64,000 bases of DNA from the human T2T-CHM13v2.0 reference genome, Homo sapiens (GCF_009914755.1 NC_060936.1), one strand, 5' to 3'; positions 38,453-52,190 are shown, counted from the first letter of the stretch. Notes: generated from the letters alone by a model not told the origin. Program-made: numbers and translations.

Positions 38453-38652
38453 TAGAGTTTCTCAACCTTGGCTCTACTGACATTTGGGGCCAGATAATTC
38501 TTTATTGTGGTGGGCCGTCCTGTGACTGTGGGATGTTGAGTAGGTCTCTACCTACTTAACTGGCAGCAACCCAAGTAGTGACAACCAAAAATGTCTCCAG
38601 ACATTGCCAAGTGTCCTCTGGATGCAAAATTGCCCCTGGTAAAGAAGCACTA
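38453..38652 (+). mobile_element. MER20 (hAT-Charlie MITE)
   Basis: TTTCTCAACCTTGGC...GTGACAACCAAAAATGTCTCCAGACATTGCCAA; strand nominal. Confidence 0.85.
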
Positions 38653-38714
38653 TTATAGATCCCAATAACAATAATAAATAGAAACACTGCCATTGATAAT
38701 AAAATAATAACTAT

Positions 38715-38925
38715 CAATTAATTGAGCGGTTACTATATGTCAGACAATGTTCTAAGTGCTTTATTATGCATCTCATACCTACAACAATACTACAAGCTAA
38801 GTACTATTAGCCTCCCTTTACAAAAGGAGAAACTGAGGTACAGATAAGTACGCATGTTCACATATGTGGTAGAGGCAGGATTTGGACTTAGTGGCCTGAC
38901 TTTAAATTCCATGCTTCAACCACCA
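38715..38925 (-). mobile_element. MIR SINE
   Basis: ATTGAGCGGTTACTATATGTCAG...GTTCTAAGTGCTTTA...GAGAAACTGAGGTACAGA. Confidence 0.75.
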
Positions 38926-41213
38926 TTCCTAGAGCCCTGTTGTTCCCAGTATAGGCTGCCATTTTTGCATTCTATAGAATCCTATTTTTTGTTAGTGTTT
39001 ACTTTATAAACAATTTTACCTAATAAAAACTGTCCATTTTTTTCATAATTCCTTCTATTGCTTTAAGTCTCTCACAACCATCCATCTCTGTTATATCTTG
39101 GAATTACTCTCTTTCTGCTTTAAAAATATTTAAGTTAGACCTCTATTTCAAAATAAGACATAAGAGTAAACATAAAATTTTTTCTTTATTATATTATTAT
39201 AAATATAATATTTTAATGTTACATATTTATTATAATAGTTTTTAAAGTTTCCTATAATCTGATTGTATTATATATGTACTATCATAAATTGATAAGAATC
39301 TCTATTATATTGCACTAAACACTTAAATACTTTCAGTGTTTATGTTACATTGTTTAAATAATAATAGCATTTGTTATTATCTGTTAGGGCCAGTTTTCTC
39401 TTATTCTTCATTTTCTTCAGAATATTCCCTGATGTTTTTCTTCTTTAATTCTCAACACAATTTAAAAACCATTTGGTCTAGTTCTGAAAAGGATGATATT
39501 AAAATTTTTTTGACATTAAAGCCATAAACTAACTTGGTTGAAAATTGTCATCTTTATAAGATTGATTTTTATTATCCAGAAAGTACTGGGTAATTTTACA
39601 AAATAAGAAGAATAAAATAATGGTGTTCACCTAACACACAAACTGAAAATAAGTACTAATATTATTCCACCTAAAAATTTAATGTGCATAGTGATTCAGT
39701 ACATATAAACACCCTGACTTAGGCATCTGAATTCTAAACACTCATTTGAGAGTTGATTTTTTAGACATCAAAATGTTTGCTCTAAAGGAAGAGCATTATA
39801 TAAATGTTAATTTTGTTCCTGGGTAGCCCACACAAAAACTCTCTTAACATAAGGAAATACCCAAACAGGTCCATTATTCTGTGAAAAGGGCACTCAGTAA
39901 AATGGGTATAGTTTGGAGGTTTCCAGAAGTGAAAGTTTCTTCTTGTGACAAAGGGACACTGTGCTTTTATTGCCCCTGAGAATTCCTAAACACTACTGTA
40001 ACCAGAGGCAGTTTAGATACCTCCAGCCTCCGGCATCAAATCAAAGAGCAAAGTACTATAGCTCTTTTAGACTCTTGGGACCTATTAGAGCAGGACATAT
40101 GACTGAGGGAAGCTTTTCAAGCCTTCATAAGCCTTTTTAATTACCTCACATTATTTTTCTTAGCCTTTGACTTTTCCCTATTGTTATTAGAATAATCTTT
40201 AAAATGAGAGATTTTCATTGGAGCAACTCTGTCCTGCTTTACCAGCATGGTGGGAAGGAGCCAAGGGGCAGGTAAAGAGGCTCTGTAGACTCAGTCAGTG
40301 ATGTCTCTACCGAGGATGAAAAATTCGATGTGACCTTTGGGGTTGTGGCAAAGATAATGACACTATCCACCTCATAGGAAGGAGGCAATAGCTAAATTAG
40401 TTCATTTATGTGAACACCACTTAGGACAGAGCTTGGCACATAATTGGGGCTCTGAAAAGTTAGTTGCAGTTACTTAGGAGTAATCATGATGCTTTGAGAG
40501 CAGAAATATCTTCTTGATTTTCCCCCATAAGGTAACCGAAATTAATTTATATCCCTTTTCAGCTGCCTCCCTTACCATTTCTTACATATGGTAACTTTCA
40601 CTTCTTGTTCTCCAAGGTCTCCAGTGCCTCTCTCTCAATGTTTTATCTAGATATTACATATCTGAGGGACACCTAGTTAGAAAATCCTTAAGAGACAATT
40701 TAATATAGATTCACACTTCCTTTTCTATTAATGAAGCATTTTCTTCTATAAAATTATTTGCTGCAATTCTCGAAAGAGTCAAGTAATAGCAAATGTTGCA
40801 AAACTTTCCAGAGTGAAATGAAGGCTAGCTTGAAAACTTAACAACCATTTTGTATTTTCTTGGTAAAATGTATCTTGTTACAAGTGATAAAAATGAAATG
40901 AGGGAGTTTATGAGAAATTTCTCCCTGACACTGCTACAGTAGTTATTGGCTTCATGGTGTAATACCTGAAATCCTCCTGTCACGGAGCTACTCTGTGTTC
41001 TAACTCTATTTCCCTTCCCAGACTGTCCTCCCCACCTCCACTCAGTAATCTTATCTACTAAAGTAAAACCAGAAAAGTAAACTGCAGTGCACCTGGACAG
41101 GAATGTGCAAACTTGGGGAAGATTCTTCACTGGGGAGACATGCGGGAGATGCCTTCCTTCCCTCCAGGTGGTCCAGGCCAAGTATTCATAACATCAGGGT
41201 TACCTGTTCATGG

Positions 41214-41215
<2 letters not shown>

Positions 41216-41257
<42 letters not shown>
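41216..41257. repeat. (GT)~21 microsatellite
   Basis: Perfect dinucleotide run. Confidence 0.97.
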
Positions 41258-41259
<2 letters not shown>

Positions 41260-41489
41260 AGTCATGAACATTAAGGGGAGCAATTGGAAGCAAGTCCAGA
41301 GATTCTTACTCTTGAACTCTCAGTTGCTACACTCCCCGTAGCTCTACTAGAGTCCCCTGGTATTTGGACATGTAGGCTATTTCCTAATTGTTGCTATGCA
41401 AATAATGGATATTTTGACTGTAAACTTTTTTCAGCATTTAGGAAAGCTCCCAATCATATTTTCTCAGAATGTGTATCAAAAGATATACA

Positions 41490-42285
41490 TTATAAAAATA
41501 AGTTTTATCATGTATATTTAAGGTATGCAACATGAAGGTATAGGATACATATAAGTAGAAAAATGGTTACTATAGTAAAGAAAGTTAACATATACATCAT
41601 ATCACATAGTTACCCTTATTTTTGCAGCAACACCAGCTAAAATCTACTCAGTAAACAAAAATCCTGAATACAAAACAATATTATTAACTACAGTCCTTAT
41701 GTTGTACATTAGATCTCTAGACTTGCTTATCCTCTGCATCTGCTACTTTGAATACTTTGACCTACATCTCCCATGGCCCCAAGCCCCCAGTCCTTGGTAA
41801 TCGCTGTTTTATTCTCTATCTCTGTGTGTTTGACTTTTTTAAAAATTTAGGTTTCACATATAAGTGAGATTATATAATTTTTTTTTATTTCTGTGCCTGG
41901 CTTGTTTCACCTAGCATAATGTCTTCCAAGTTCATTCATGTTGTAGTAAATGGCAGGATTTCCTCTTTTAAGACTGAATAATATTGTACACACACACACC
42001 CATACATCACAGTTTATTCATTTGTCCCTCAGTGGACAGATATTTATTGTGTATAATGTTGCAGTGACCATGAAAATGCAGATATTTTTACAAGGTGGTG
42101 ATTTTATTTCTTTTGAATGCATACCCAGAAGAAAATTGCTGGGTCATATGGTAGTTCTAATTTTAATTTATGTGGCAACCTATGTACTATTTTTCATGAC
42201 TGCACCAATCTACACGCCCATCAACAGTTTCCTTTTCTCCATATCCTCACCAACACTTGTTATCTCTCATCTTTTGATAGTAGCC
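41490..42285 (-). mobile_element. L1MA8/9-like 3' fragment
   Basis: TATTATTAACTACAGTCCTTATGTTGTACATTAGATCTCTAGACTT; AAATGGCAGGATTTCC. Confidence 0.8.
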
Positions 42286-42420
42286 AAAGGGATATACATC
42301 TTTAAGGTACTTTTTTATATTATCAACTGGCTTTCTAAGAGAATTGTACCAATACATGTTAAGACAGGATACTTTGGTTTAAGAAGGAAGCAGTGCCAGG
42401 CAGGCAAGAGATAAAGCTTA

Positions 42421-42826
<406 letters not shown>

Positions 42827-43224
42827 AAAACAAGGGAGATGATGGATTCATATTGAGGCTGGTCAGATTAGACCCAGGGTGTTAAGTTCAGTATAGGTAC
42901 TTCATGGATATAAACAAATAACACAAGTAGAGAAAAAAATCTGGATTGAGAGGAAATTTCAAACAATTCTTACTGAGAATTGTTAGCAGAATTGTGGCTT
43001 CTTAAGCTGAAGAAGATGGAAGGTAAAATGAATTCAAATGTATCGATATGTCAAGCTCTGTGGTAGTGTTGATGTGTGAAGCTCTGTCACGTCTATTAGC
43101 TTATTCATTTTCTATCACCTTATCTCCTTAAAATACCTGGTCTTTTCTGAACACTGGAGCTAAGCAGGATCAGGACTAGCTGGACCTTGATAGGAACTCT
43201 CTTTTATAAAAAGCCTGTCTAGAA

Positions 43225-43560
43225 GAGTGGTTAAGTGCAACTGTGTGGCCATCAGCAAGTTTCTAAGCCTCTTTGCCTCTGTTTCTTCAACTGAAAAGTG
43301 GGGATAACATTGGTATCCACTTTATGGGGTTCTTGTTAGAAGTATGTGAAACAATGTATAGACCTGACAAACAGTAATATAGCCAGTAAGAGTTAGCTAT
43401 TATTTTCATTATCATCATTCTTAACAATTTCAGGAGTTGGCAATCATTATTTCCCTTTATAGTACAGGCTCAGAAAAGTTAAATAAATTCACAAAGTCAC
43501 ATAGCTATTGGAAAGATAAAGCTAGTCATTTGTCCCAAATCTGATTCTGAAATCCAAGGT
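43225..43560. mobile_element. Two adjacent MIR remnants in opposite orientation
   Basis: Plus: CTCTGTTTCTTCAACTGAAAAGTGGGATAAC...GTTAGCTATTATT; minus: AGGCTCAGAAAAGTTAAATAA...AAAGTCACATAGCTA. Confidence 0.6.
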
Positions 43561-43952
43561 TTGTGTTGTATTTTTCTTTTCTTTACTTGAAGCTTCATTC
43601 TCAGTAGAAGACTTTATAAGTTTCTCTTTATCATAAGGAGAAAAGAAAGATGTTCAAAAGTAGATTGGTCTCTTTGGGGAGTTAGTACGTTCTGCATCAC
43701 TGTTGGTGTACAGGCAGAGATTAGACGGTGACTTGTTGAGGATATTGCAGAAGATTTATGTAATTGCCTCTAGGGTGTCCTGATTTCCTATTCTCAGCAA
43801 TGTGTTAGGACAAGGGTTCTATCATACAAATGCACCCTCTTTCCCCTGTTTCAAGGGGAGGCGAAATTTTTGGCCAGCATTGAGGAACAAAGATGAGCAT
43901 GGCTTCCTTGGGATCTCCAGGAAAATATAAGTCTTTCTCTTTTTATCACTTC

Positions 43953-44149
43953 CAGGAGTATCCAAGGGAGAGAACACAGTCATGGGTTCTTAGTTTCTGT
44001 TTCTGGTTGGGCCAGTAAATCCCCTTCCTCCTCCCTCTTTTTCGCTTATCACTAGAGACAGAAACTAAAAACTATGGCTTCAGGCTGCTGAAAGCCTAAA
44101 ACAAAACAAAACAGAAGAACAATGAAATAGGGCAGGTTGGATAAGCTTG
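43953..44149 (+). mobile_element. MER30B (hAT-Charlie MITE)
   Basis: CAGGAGTATCCAAGGGAGAG...TCACTAGAGACAGAAACTAAAAAC...GGTTGGATAAGCTTG with imperfect TIRs. Confidence 0.8.
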
Positions 44150-44719
44150 CATCATTTTTGCATATCATTTATCAAATGAATGAATTAGTTGTACCCAAAT
44201 GTCCAAGAAACCCTCTGTGTCATGTATAAAAGTCTTAATGGCTCTGAGTCCCATCAGTGCTGCTTCAAGTCCTTCCCCGGTCACTGACTAGTGCTCCAAC
44301 TCTTACTCCAGGAAGCCGTGGAGGAAGGAGTCTCCCAGTTCTCAGGACCGGTCTTCTGATAAACTTGTTCTCTCTCCAGCTCCTGTCAAGTTTCTCCTGG
44401 CTGATTCTCCTGGCTGACTCTGGCTGAATCCTGCCAGGCCAGACAGAGCCATGCTCAGGGAGTGACCATTCTGTGCTCTCAGGAAGCTGCACTATGGCCT
44501 GAGGCAGAATGAGGGGAGGGAGGGAATAACCCATTGCACATCATTTTGAAAATGTGCCTGTCGTTTTCATTAGCACCTCCAAGTGACACTACTTGAGCCC
44601 AGAATCTCACAAAACCATTACATTAATATAGCATTTTATTGTTCACAACATGTTTCCCAATAAGTCCTCTTTTATTTCTTTTCATCCACACAAATATCAT
44701 TACAGATGATGTATCCATT

Positions 44720-45205
44720 GATTATGATTAGGGTGGATACATATACTTAACCAACAGTAGCTTAATCAAAATAGGGTTGTATTTTATCTCATGTGAGAAG
44801 GGAGCGGAGGAGTGCGAGCTGTTATGGTAGGTTCATCAACATCAGAGACCCACCCTCCTTTTCTCTCCACTTCATCATTTTTCTTGGGTGGTTTCCATCC
44901 TCAAGGTGACTTCAAGGTCACCTTACAATTGCAGGAGTTCTAGCTACTACAATCTTGTTCTGGGTAAGAGGAGGGCTAAAAGAGAAAGACTATTTCCCAG
45001 CTGAGTCATTTTTATTTAGAGATTTCCCATTGGCCACTTCTATCTGCAAGGAAGCCTGGGGAGTGCACTTCGTTTGTTTTGTTTTGTTTGTTTGTTTGTT
45101 GTTTTAATCTGGACACAAATCTATTTCTGTCAATATAGGGGCTCAAAGCTAAGGAAGTAGGCAAGAATGATTATTGGGTGGGTAAAAAGTAATCTCTGAC
45201 CAAGG
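44720..45205 (-). mobile_element. Old MLT1 (J/K-like) LTR
   Basis: TAGCTTAATCAAAATAGGG; GGCCACTTCTATCTGCAAGGAAGCCTGGG; diverged. Confidence 0.45.
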
Positions 45206-47527
45206 AAATTGGGGCTAATAGCGATTAAATGACTTGGGCAGTGTAATACAGTGAGTTAGTTTCTACATATGTCCTAAGAAATCTTTATGACTCTCTACTG
45301 TTGCTACACAACCCTCAGGGACATATTGATACCGTTCCTTAACAACGGAACCCTTCTACACCTTATAGTGGTACAGAATACAACTTGTGCAGTCATAAAT
45401 GGCAACCTGTCTCTTCCTTTTGCACTTGGCGGAATTTTGTGTGTAATACCTCTCTCCTCTACCACCAAGGAATCCTGCCTTTCACACTGTAACCAGTTGG
45501 AGCCTAATATTCATTTCTGCATAATTTACTGGAGGGTTTAGGTCACTGTCCATTTGTTGGGGGTTCTCTTTCTGCTCTGAGGCAATAAGTCCTCTTTAGG
45601 TTTCTACATAGTTGGTCAGGGCCTTTCCTGATTAGAAGCCATGGGAAGAGGCCACCATCCTTTTTATCTGGTAACTAGTTGAATAAATGAAATAGTTTGA
45701 ACTTCAGGCCTATTTTCTTCAATTTGGGTGAAAGAAAGTATATATTAAATACAACTTTTTAAGGGCCTTAGTTGGTTACAAGAATCTATCCATCTTAGGG
45801 GTTACAGGGATTTTGCTAATATTAATAAAGCAATATTTTAATTTTCATCTAAGTATAAACAAAAGGAGTTATGTTTAGAGTCATACTTCTAAAAATTAAT
45901 TTTTTTTGTTTTATAACATAACACTTTAAAAGTAACTAAATGTATTCCTGAAACAGTTGGTACTCTCCTCTTCCCCTAAAAGTTGATGTTAGGGGGAAAA
46001 ATACTAGTTATTTAAAAATGTGGGTCAGGTGGTCTCTATTATTTGGGGTGTTATGATATTAAGTCATGAATCCAATAAACTAAGATGCTGCTTTCTTGAT
46101 AAAATAGGATATGAGTATATTTTCACATGCAGAAATCTATTTTTTGAAGATGTGTTCACTGCAGTGTGGTGTCAGGAAATGAAAAAAAACAACAGAGCTT
46201 TCCTCAGGTCATCTTAGGGTCTTTCAGTAAACTGAAAGTAACTAAGTTAGAAAGGAATCTCCAGGAGAGGCCAGGGGAGTACCACCAGCCCACCACTACA
46301 GAGAATTTCAAAGCTAAGCTACTCACAGAAAACAATGCTCAACCACAGGGCGGATGTGCTGTTTTTCACACCCCAAGTCATTTATCTGAAAAGCAATAGC
46401 AGTAAATTCTTGAAGTGTTTGCTGTGATAGGATTGCTCCAGAAGAAAGAAGATAAAGAATGCTAAGTTTCCCCTTCCCATGTTTGCCTCACACACCTGTT
46501 TCTCCTAGGCAGATTCTTTAAACCTTTTTTCCTCACTTTTCAACAAGAAACTATAAAATTAAAACAATTATTTTTAATCTTTGGGGGTATTCACTTAATT
46601 AATATGTTCACTGTTATATCTATCGTGATAATAGGAGGATCTCCCTGGGAAGTGAACACAATTTCCACATGGGCAAATGACAGAAGTATTAATTAGCTCA
46701 ACACACCACTAAGGCTTTAACTCTAATAGTCTATTAAGTAAATGCGTAATAAAAGATTCCAAAAAGAGTTAGTTTTCAACAAGAATTAAGCTTCAAAAAG
46801 CCAAAGTAATGTAATCAATTAAGATTAAAAAATAACCCAATTAAGTGAAAAAACAAAAATATTCAAATATCCTTCAGAATATTGGCATCACCAAGTTCTC
46901 TCTCACTGGTCTCTTACTGTGCCTATAAATTAATGTAAAAAAAAAACCCTTAAGGTCATCCTACACAGGCTTGTTTAGGAAGGACAGAAGTTTGCCCAAT
47001 TATTTACCAAGTTTGTATAAAACTTAAAACCCACTCAAAATATTTCTGTTGAAAACATACTTGAATGCAAACGTATTGGAAAAAAGTTGTTTGGATTGGC
47101 TGTTGAAGCGTAAACTATCACCAGACAGTTTTAGCACCATTCAACTCCTCCTGCAACCACATTGTTGGGTATGGAAATTCTATACATTTGGTTAAATGAT
47201 TTGCATAATGGAGCAGTATGCAAATACTGGAACTCAGGCCCAGAGCTTAGGTCTCTTGCATTTCCCACACACTTCTCTGAACTCCCGTCAATACCACATA
47301 GGATACTGCTTAGTCATACAATGCTCTGTTGTTTGGGCCACCAGGCAGATTGGAAGCTCCATATGTGACAGAGAACATTTTCATATTTACCATGTATCTC
47401 CAAAATGCCTTTTACAGAACTGGCCATGCTTGCATGCATTTATTCACCCATTTCTTTAACTAATGTGTATCAAGAGCCTATTATGTGCCAGAATCCATTA
47501 TATATATACTATTCTCACATATTCTCA

Positions 47528-47553
47528 TACACACACACACACACACACACACA
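47528..47553. repeat. (AC)~13 microsatellite
   Basis: Perfect run. Confidence 0.95.
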
Positions 47554-47850
47554 TAAATTATACAAGGTCCCTGCTCTGTGAAAGGTCTCTGCTTAAATTT
47601 GAATGAGATGAGACGGTAACAAGAAAAATATCAGAGGTGACAAATATGATTTAAAAAACTAAAATAGGATAATATAATACAAAGGAACAAAATGGCTATA
47701 TTGAATTGGGTGGTCAGAGAATACCTCTCTACGGTGATATCTAGACAGAGATCTGAATGACAAAGGACTTCTTAGTAAACTGAGTTGGCACTTACAAAGG
47801 AACCAGTAGAAGCCCTGTGTGGCCAGAGCTTAGTGAGAGAGTAGTATATG

Positions 47851-47978
47851 CCGGGTTCCCTCTCTCGGCTTTGGATCCCTCCTCTCTCTGTCACTGTACG
47901 GGGGAGCTTCTTCCTTCTGCCTTCTCCCTTCTTGCCTATTAAACTCTCCACTCCTTAAGCCCCCCCCCAAAAAAAAGA
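47851..47978 (+). mobile_element. Retrocopied ERV1 LTR R-region fragment (MER50-like) with poly(A) and 16-bp TSD
   Basis: CTGTACGGGGGAGCTTCTTCCTTC...GCCTATTAAACTCTCCACTCCTTAA; A8 at 47969-47976; TSD GAGAGAG(T/G)AGTATATG at 47835-47850 and 47979-47994. Confidence 0.7.
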
Positions 47979-48323
47979 GAGAGAGGAGTATATGAAATGA
48001 GATGGGGGGATAGCAGAAAAAAGAAAAAAGTTCTTAGGGTCTTTGGAACCCACTGTTAGGCATGTAAATTTTATTCTAAATATTCAGAGTTTTAGCCAGG
48101 AAAATTAAATATTCTGATTTGCATTATTTTAAATTTGCTAGCTATTGTGTGTGTAATACAGAGTAAAAAAAACAAAGCAGGGAGAGTAATTACTTTATTG
48201 CAATAGTGCATGAGAAAGATTTTGTTATTTGGATGAGGGCAGTGTTAATGGAGACAGAGAAAAATAGATTAAGAAGTTGTTTTGCAGGTATAGTCAAGAT
48301 TTGCTAATGAATCTGTTGTGAAG

Positions 48324-50655
48324 CACATTAGTCCACTTTCATATTGCTATGAAGAAATACCTGAGACTTGGTGATTTATAAAGAAAAAGAGATTTAATGG
48401 ACTCACAGTTTCACATGGCTGGGGAGGCCTCACAATCATGGTGGAAGGCGAAGGAAGAGCAAAGCCATGTCTTACATGGCAGCATGCAAGACAGCATGTG
48501 CAGGGAGCTGCCCTTTATGAAACCATCAGATCTCATGAGACTTATTCACTATTATGAGAATCGCATGGGAAAAACCTGCCCCCATGATTCAATTACCTCC
48601 TACCAGGTCCCTCCCATGACAAATGTGGATTATGGGAGCTATAATTCCAGATGAGATTTGGGTGGGGAAACAGCCAAACCATATAATTCCATTTCTGGCT
48701 CCTCCCAAATCTCATGTCTTCACATTTCAAAACACAATTATGCCCTTCCAACAGTCCCCCAAAGTCTTAATTCATTCCAGAATTCTCAAAAGTCCAAGTT
48801 CAAAGTCTCATCTGAGACAAGGCAAGTCCCTTCTGCCTATGAGCCTGCAAAAATCAAAAGCAAGTTAGCTACTTCCTAGATACAATGGGGGTGCAGTCAT
48901 TGGGAAAATAGGCCCATTTTAAATGGGAGAAATTGGCCAAAGCAAAGGAGCTACAGGCCCCATGCAAGTCCAAAATCCAACAGGGCAGTCATTAAACTTT
49001 AAAGTTCCAAAATGATCTCCTTTGACTCCATGTCTCACATCCAGGTCATGCTTATGCAAGAGGTAGGCACTCATGACCTTGGGGAGCTCTGCTTCTGCGG
49101 CTTTGCAGGGTATAGCCCCCTCTCCTAACTGCTTTCATGGGCTGGCATTGAGTGCCTGCAGCTTTCCCAGGCACATTGTGCAAGCTGTCGGTGGATCTAC
49201 CATTCTGGGGTCTGGAGGATGGTGGCCCTCTTCTCACAGCTCCACTAGGCAGTGCCCCTGTGGGGACTCTGTGTGGGAGCTCCAACCACACATTTTCCTT
49301 CCACACTGCCCTAGCAGAGGTTCTCCATGAGGGCTCTGCCCCTGCAGAAAACTTCTGCCTGGACATCCAGACATTTCCATACATCCTCTGAAATCTAGGC
49401 AGATATTCCAAACCTCAATTCTTGTCTTCTGTGCATCTGCAGGCCCAACACCATATGAAAGCTGCCAAGGTTTTGGGATTGCACCCTCTGAAGCAACAGC
49501 CTAAGCTGTAGGTTGGCCCCTTTTAGCCACGGCTGGGACACAGGGCACCAAGTCCCGAGACTACACAAAGCAGCAAGGCCCTGGGCCTAGCCCATGAAAC
49601 AATTTTTTCCACCTAGGCCTCCTGGCTTATGATGGGAGGGGCTGCCGTGAAGGTCTCTGACATGCCCTGGAGACATTTTTCCCATTGTCTTGGTGATTAA
49701 CATTTGGATACTTGTTACTTATGAAAATTTCTGCAGCCAGCTTGAATTTCTCCTCAGAAAATGGGTTTTTCTTTTCTATCACATTGTCAGGCTGCAAATT
49801 TTCTGAACTTTTATGCTCTGCTTCCCTTTTAAACATAAGTTCCAATTCCAAACTATATATTTGTTTATGCATAAAATCTAATGATTTTAAGAGCACACAT
49901 ATTGGATGCTTTGCTGATTAGAAATTTCTTCTGCCAGATACCCTAAATAACCTCTTACAAGTTCAAAGTTCCACAGATCTCTAGGGCAAGGCAAAATGCC
50001 ACCAGTCTCTTTACTAAAGCATAGCAAGAATCACCTTTGCTCCGGTTCCCAATAAATTCCTCATCTCCATCTGAGACCACCTCAGCCTGGACTTCATTGT
50101 CCATATCACTACCAGCATTTTGGCCAAAACCATTCAACAAGTCTCTAAAAAGCCCCAAACTTCCCCACATCTTCCTGTCTTCTTTGGAGCCCTCCAAACT
50201 GTTCCCACCTCTGCCTGTTATCCAGTTCCAAAGTCACTTCCACATTTTTGGGTATCTTAATAGCAGTACCCTACTCTACTACTACCAATTTACTTATTAA
50301 TCCATTTTCATACTGCTGTAAAGAAATACCCGAGACTGGATAATTTATAAAGAAAAAGAGATTTAATGGACTCACAGTTTCACATGGCTGGGGAGCCTTA
50401 CAACCATGGCAGAAGGCGAAAGAGGAGCAAAGGCATGTCTTATGTGGCGACAGGCAAGAGAACATTTGCAGGGGAACTGCCCTTTATGAAACCATCAGAT
50501 CTCTTGAGACTTATTTACCAACACGAGAACAGCATGGAAAAAACCTGCCCCCGTGATTCAGTTACCTCCCACTGGCTCCTCCCCACAACATGTGGGGATT
50601 GTGGGAGCTACAATTCAAGATGAGATTTGGGTGAGGACAGAGCCAAACCATGTCA
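48324..50655 (-). mobile_element. Complete THE1D-like MaLR element (3'LTR 48324-48686, internal 48687-50293, 5'LTR 50294-50655)
   Basis: Two homologous ~360-bp LTRs flanking a ~1.6-kb THE1-int (GAGACAAGGCAAGTCCCTTCTGCC, GGATCTACCATTCTGGGGTCTGGAGG). Confidence 0.92.
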
Positions 50656-51665
50656 CGCAGTAATAATGAAAAGAAGGAAAGCAAGAATTGCCTAGATTGT
50701 TGGCTTAAGCAATTAATAAATAATGATGACTTTGACTGAGCTGGGAATGAGGAAGGGGTGTGCAGAAGGTGAGGGTGGACAGAGAATCCAGAATTCTCTT
50801 TAGTTTGAGATGCTAAATGAAGACATCCAGGTTGAAAGGTCAACTAGGCAGTTGAATATAGAGTCCCTAAAATAGGACTCACTGGTCCCTACATGGTATC
50901 TGATACCATGGCATTGCATGAGATGACATCTAAGAGTTAGATGGATAAGCTAAGAAGGGCCCTGCCTGTTTACATTAGTTATTAGCAGATGAGAAGGCTA
51001 AACAAATAAGAGAGCAGAGCAATACATTTTCATGGCATACATATCAGAAAGTAGAGAATAAGTATCAGATTCCCTTCCGTGTTTTAGCAGAAAAGGATAC
51101 TAATTGGCAAGTGTCAATTTGATATTGTCACCAAGTCATTCAAAAGAATAGAAACCTCTAACTGAAGTTACTGAGTACTGGAAGGATGAACATTGTATAT
51201 TCATTGGATTTCTGTTTTAGAAAATATTGTATGTGTTTCACATATTTTACAAACTGACCTGTGAATGGTTACATTATTCTTATATAGAAAATTGAAATTA
51301 CATCTGCCTAAGACTGCTCTGTAATTCTCCTGACTTATGAAATACAAGAATAAAAAAAGCTCACTGGCATTTCATCATGGTTCCCTTTAATAACTTTTAT
51401 TTGTAATAAATATACAAATAAAACTGGAAGACAATGGGGTGGTATAATGGAGTTTCCTAGGAGGTAAGTAGGGAAGTAAAATGCTTTTTCTTAAAAAGCA
51501 TATTTTCTAATTACATAAGAACATAACATTGTGATTCTCAAACAATCAAATATAAAGCTAAAAGCCTACCTTGACAGCAACCCCTCCACTCAATCTCAGG
51601 CTTGTCCTTGTAAATAACCATTTTACTACTTTTGTGTGAATCCCTTGAGTCTTTAGCCCCCTCAA

Positions 51666-51751
51666 GTGTGTGCTTGTGTGCATGTTCAGGTGCACATATG
51701 TATGTAAGTGTGTGTGTGCATATGTGTGTGCATGTGCGCAGGGTAGGAGAG

Positions 51752-51790
<39 letters not shown>
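51666..51790. repeat. Compound (TG)n simple repeat, pure run 51758-51790
   Basis: Degenerate TG/CA tract followed by about 16 perfect TG units. Confidence 0.93.
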
Positions 51791-51791
<1 letters not shown>

Positions 51792-51834
51792 AACAGATGC
51801 TTTTGCTGCCCTTTCCAGATTCCTTTTTCTACTG

Positions 51835-52190
51835 CTCCTAGACTCTTGGCACTTCCCCTTTCCCTGGAGAATTGCCCCTGGCAAGAGGGAGCTGTGACTA
51901 CTCCCTTGCTCTCCTGGGAGAAGGAGGCAGGACACACTTGGTCAATAATGGGCTGACACAGGGATACAAAATGGCCTCAAGGCAGGACCCACTCCGGTGC
52001 AATTTGTGCTCCAGATCACCCCTACAAGATCAGACTCAGCAGGTCTCCAGCTCAGACCACGTTCTTGCTTAGCAATCTTCCCTTGTCCTGCCCTCTTCTC
52101 TTGTGCCCCTTGTCATGAAAGCACTTTCCCAATAAATCACTTGAGCCAGAATCACCATCTCAGACTCGAATTCCTTGGAACTCAGTTAAG
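51835..52190 (+). mobile_element. ERVL solo LTR, LTR16-like
   Basis: GGAGAATTGCCCCTGGCAAGAGGGAGCTG; CCCAATAAATCACTTG...CCATCTCAG. Confidence 0.6.

Larger units (their letters stand above)
47435..48320 (-). mobile_element. L2 remnant (host of the LTR retrocopy)
   Basis: CATTTATTCA tail, GCCTATTATGTGCCAG, GGTGGTCAGAGAA, TGCAATAGTGCATGAG; continues beyond THE1D at about 50680-50960. Confidence 0.65.

Noticed and set aside
39150-39380. Very AT-rich tract as a matrix-attachment region or origin
   Set aside because: Low-complexity sequence within decayed L1M context; composition alone is not evidence
48397-50623. Duplicated MDSQFHMAGE... ORFs and internal ORFs
   Set aside because: Translations of the two THE1D LTRs and the decayed MaLR internal region
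51558-51956. HT/CV-repeat ORFs
   Set aside because: Artefacts of the (TG)n microsatellite
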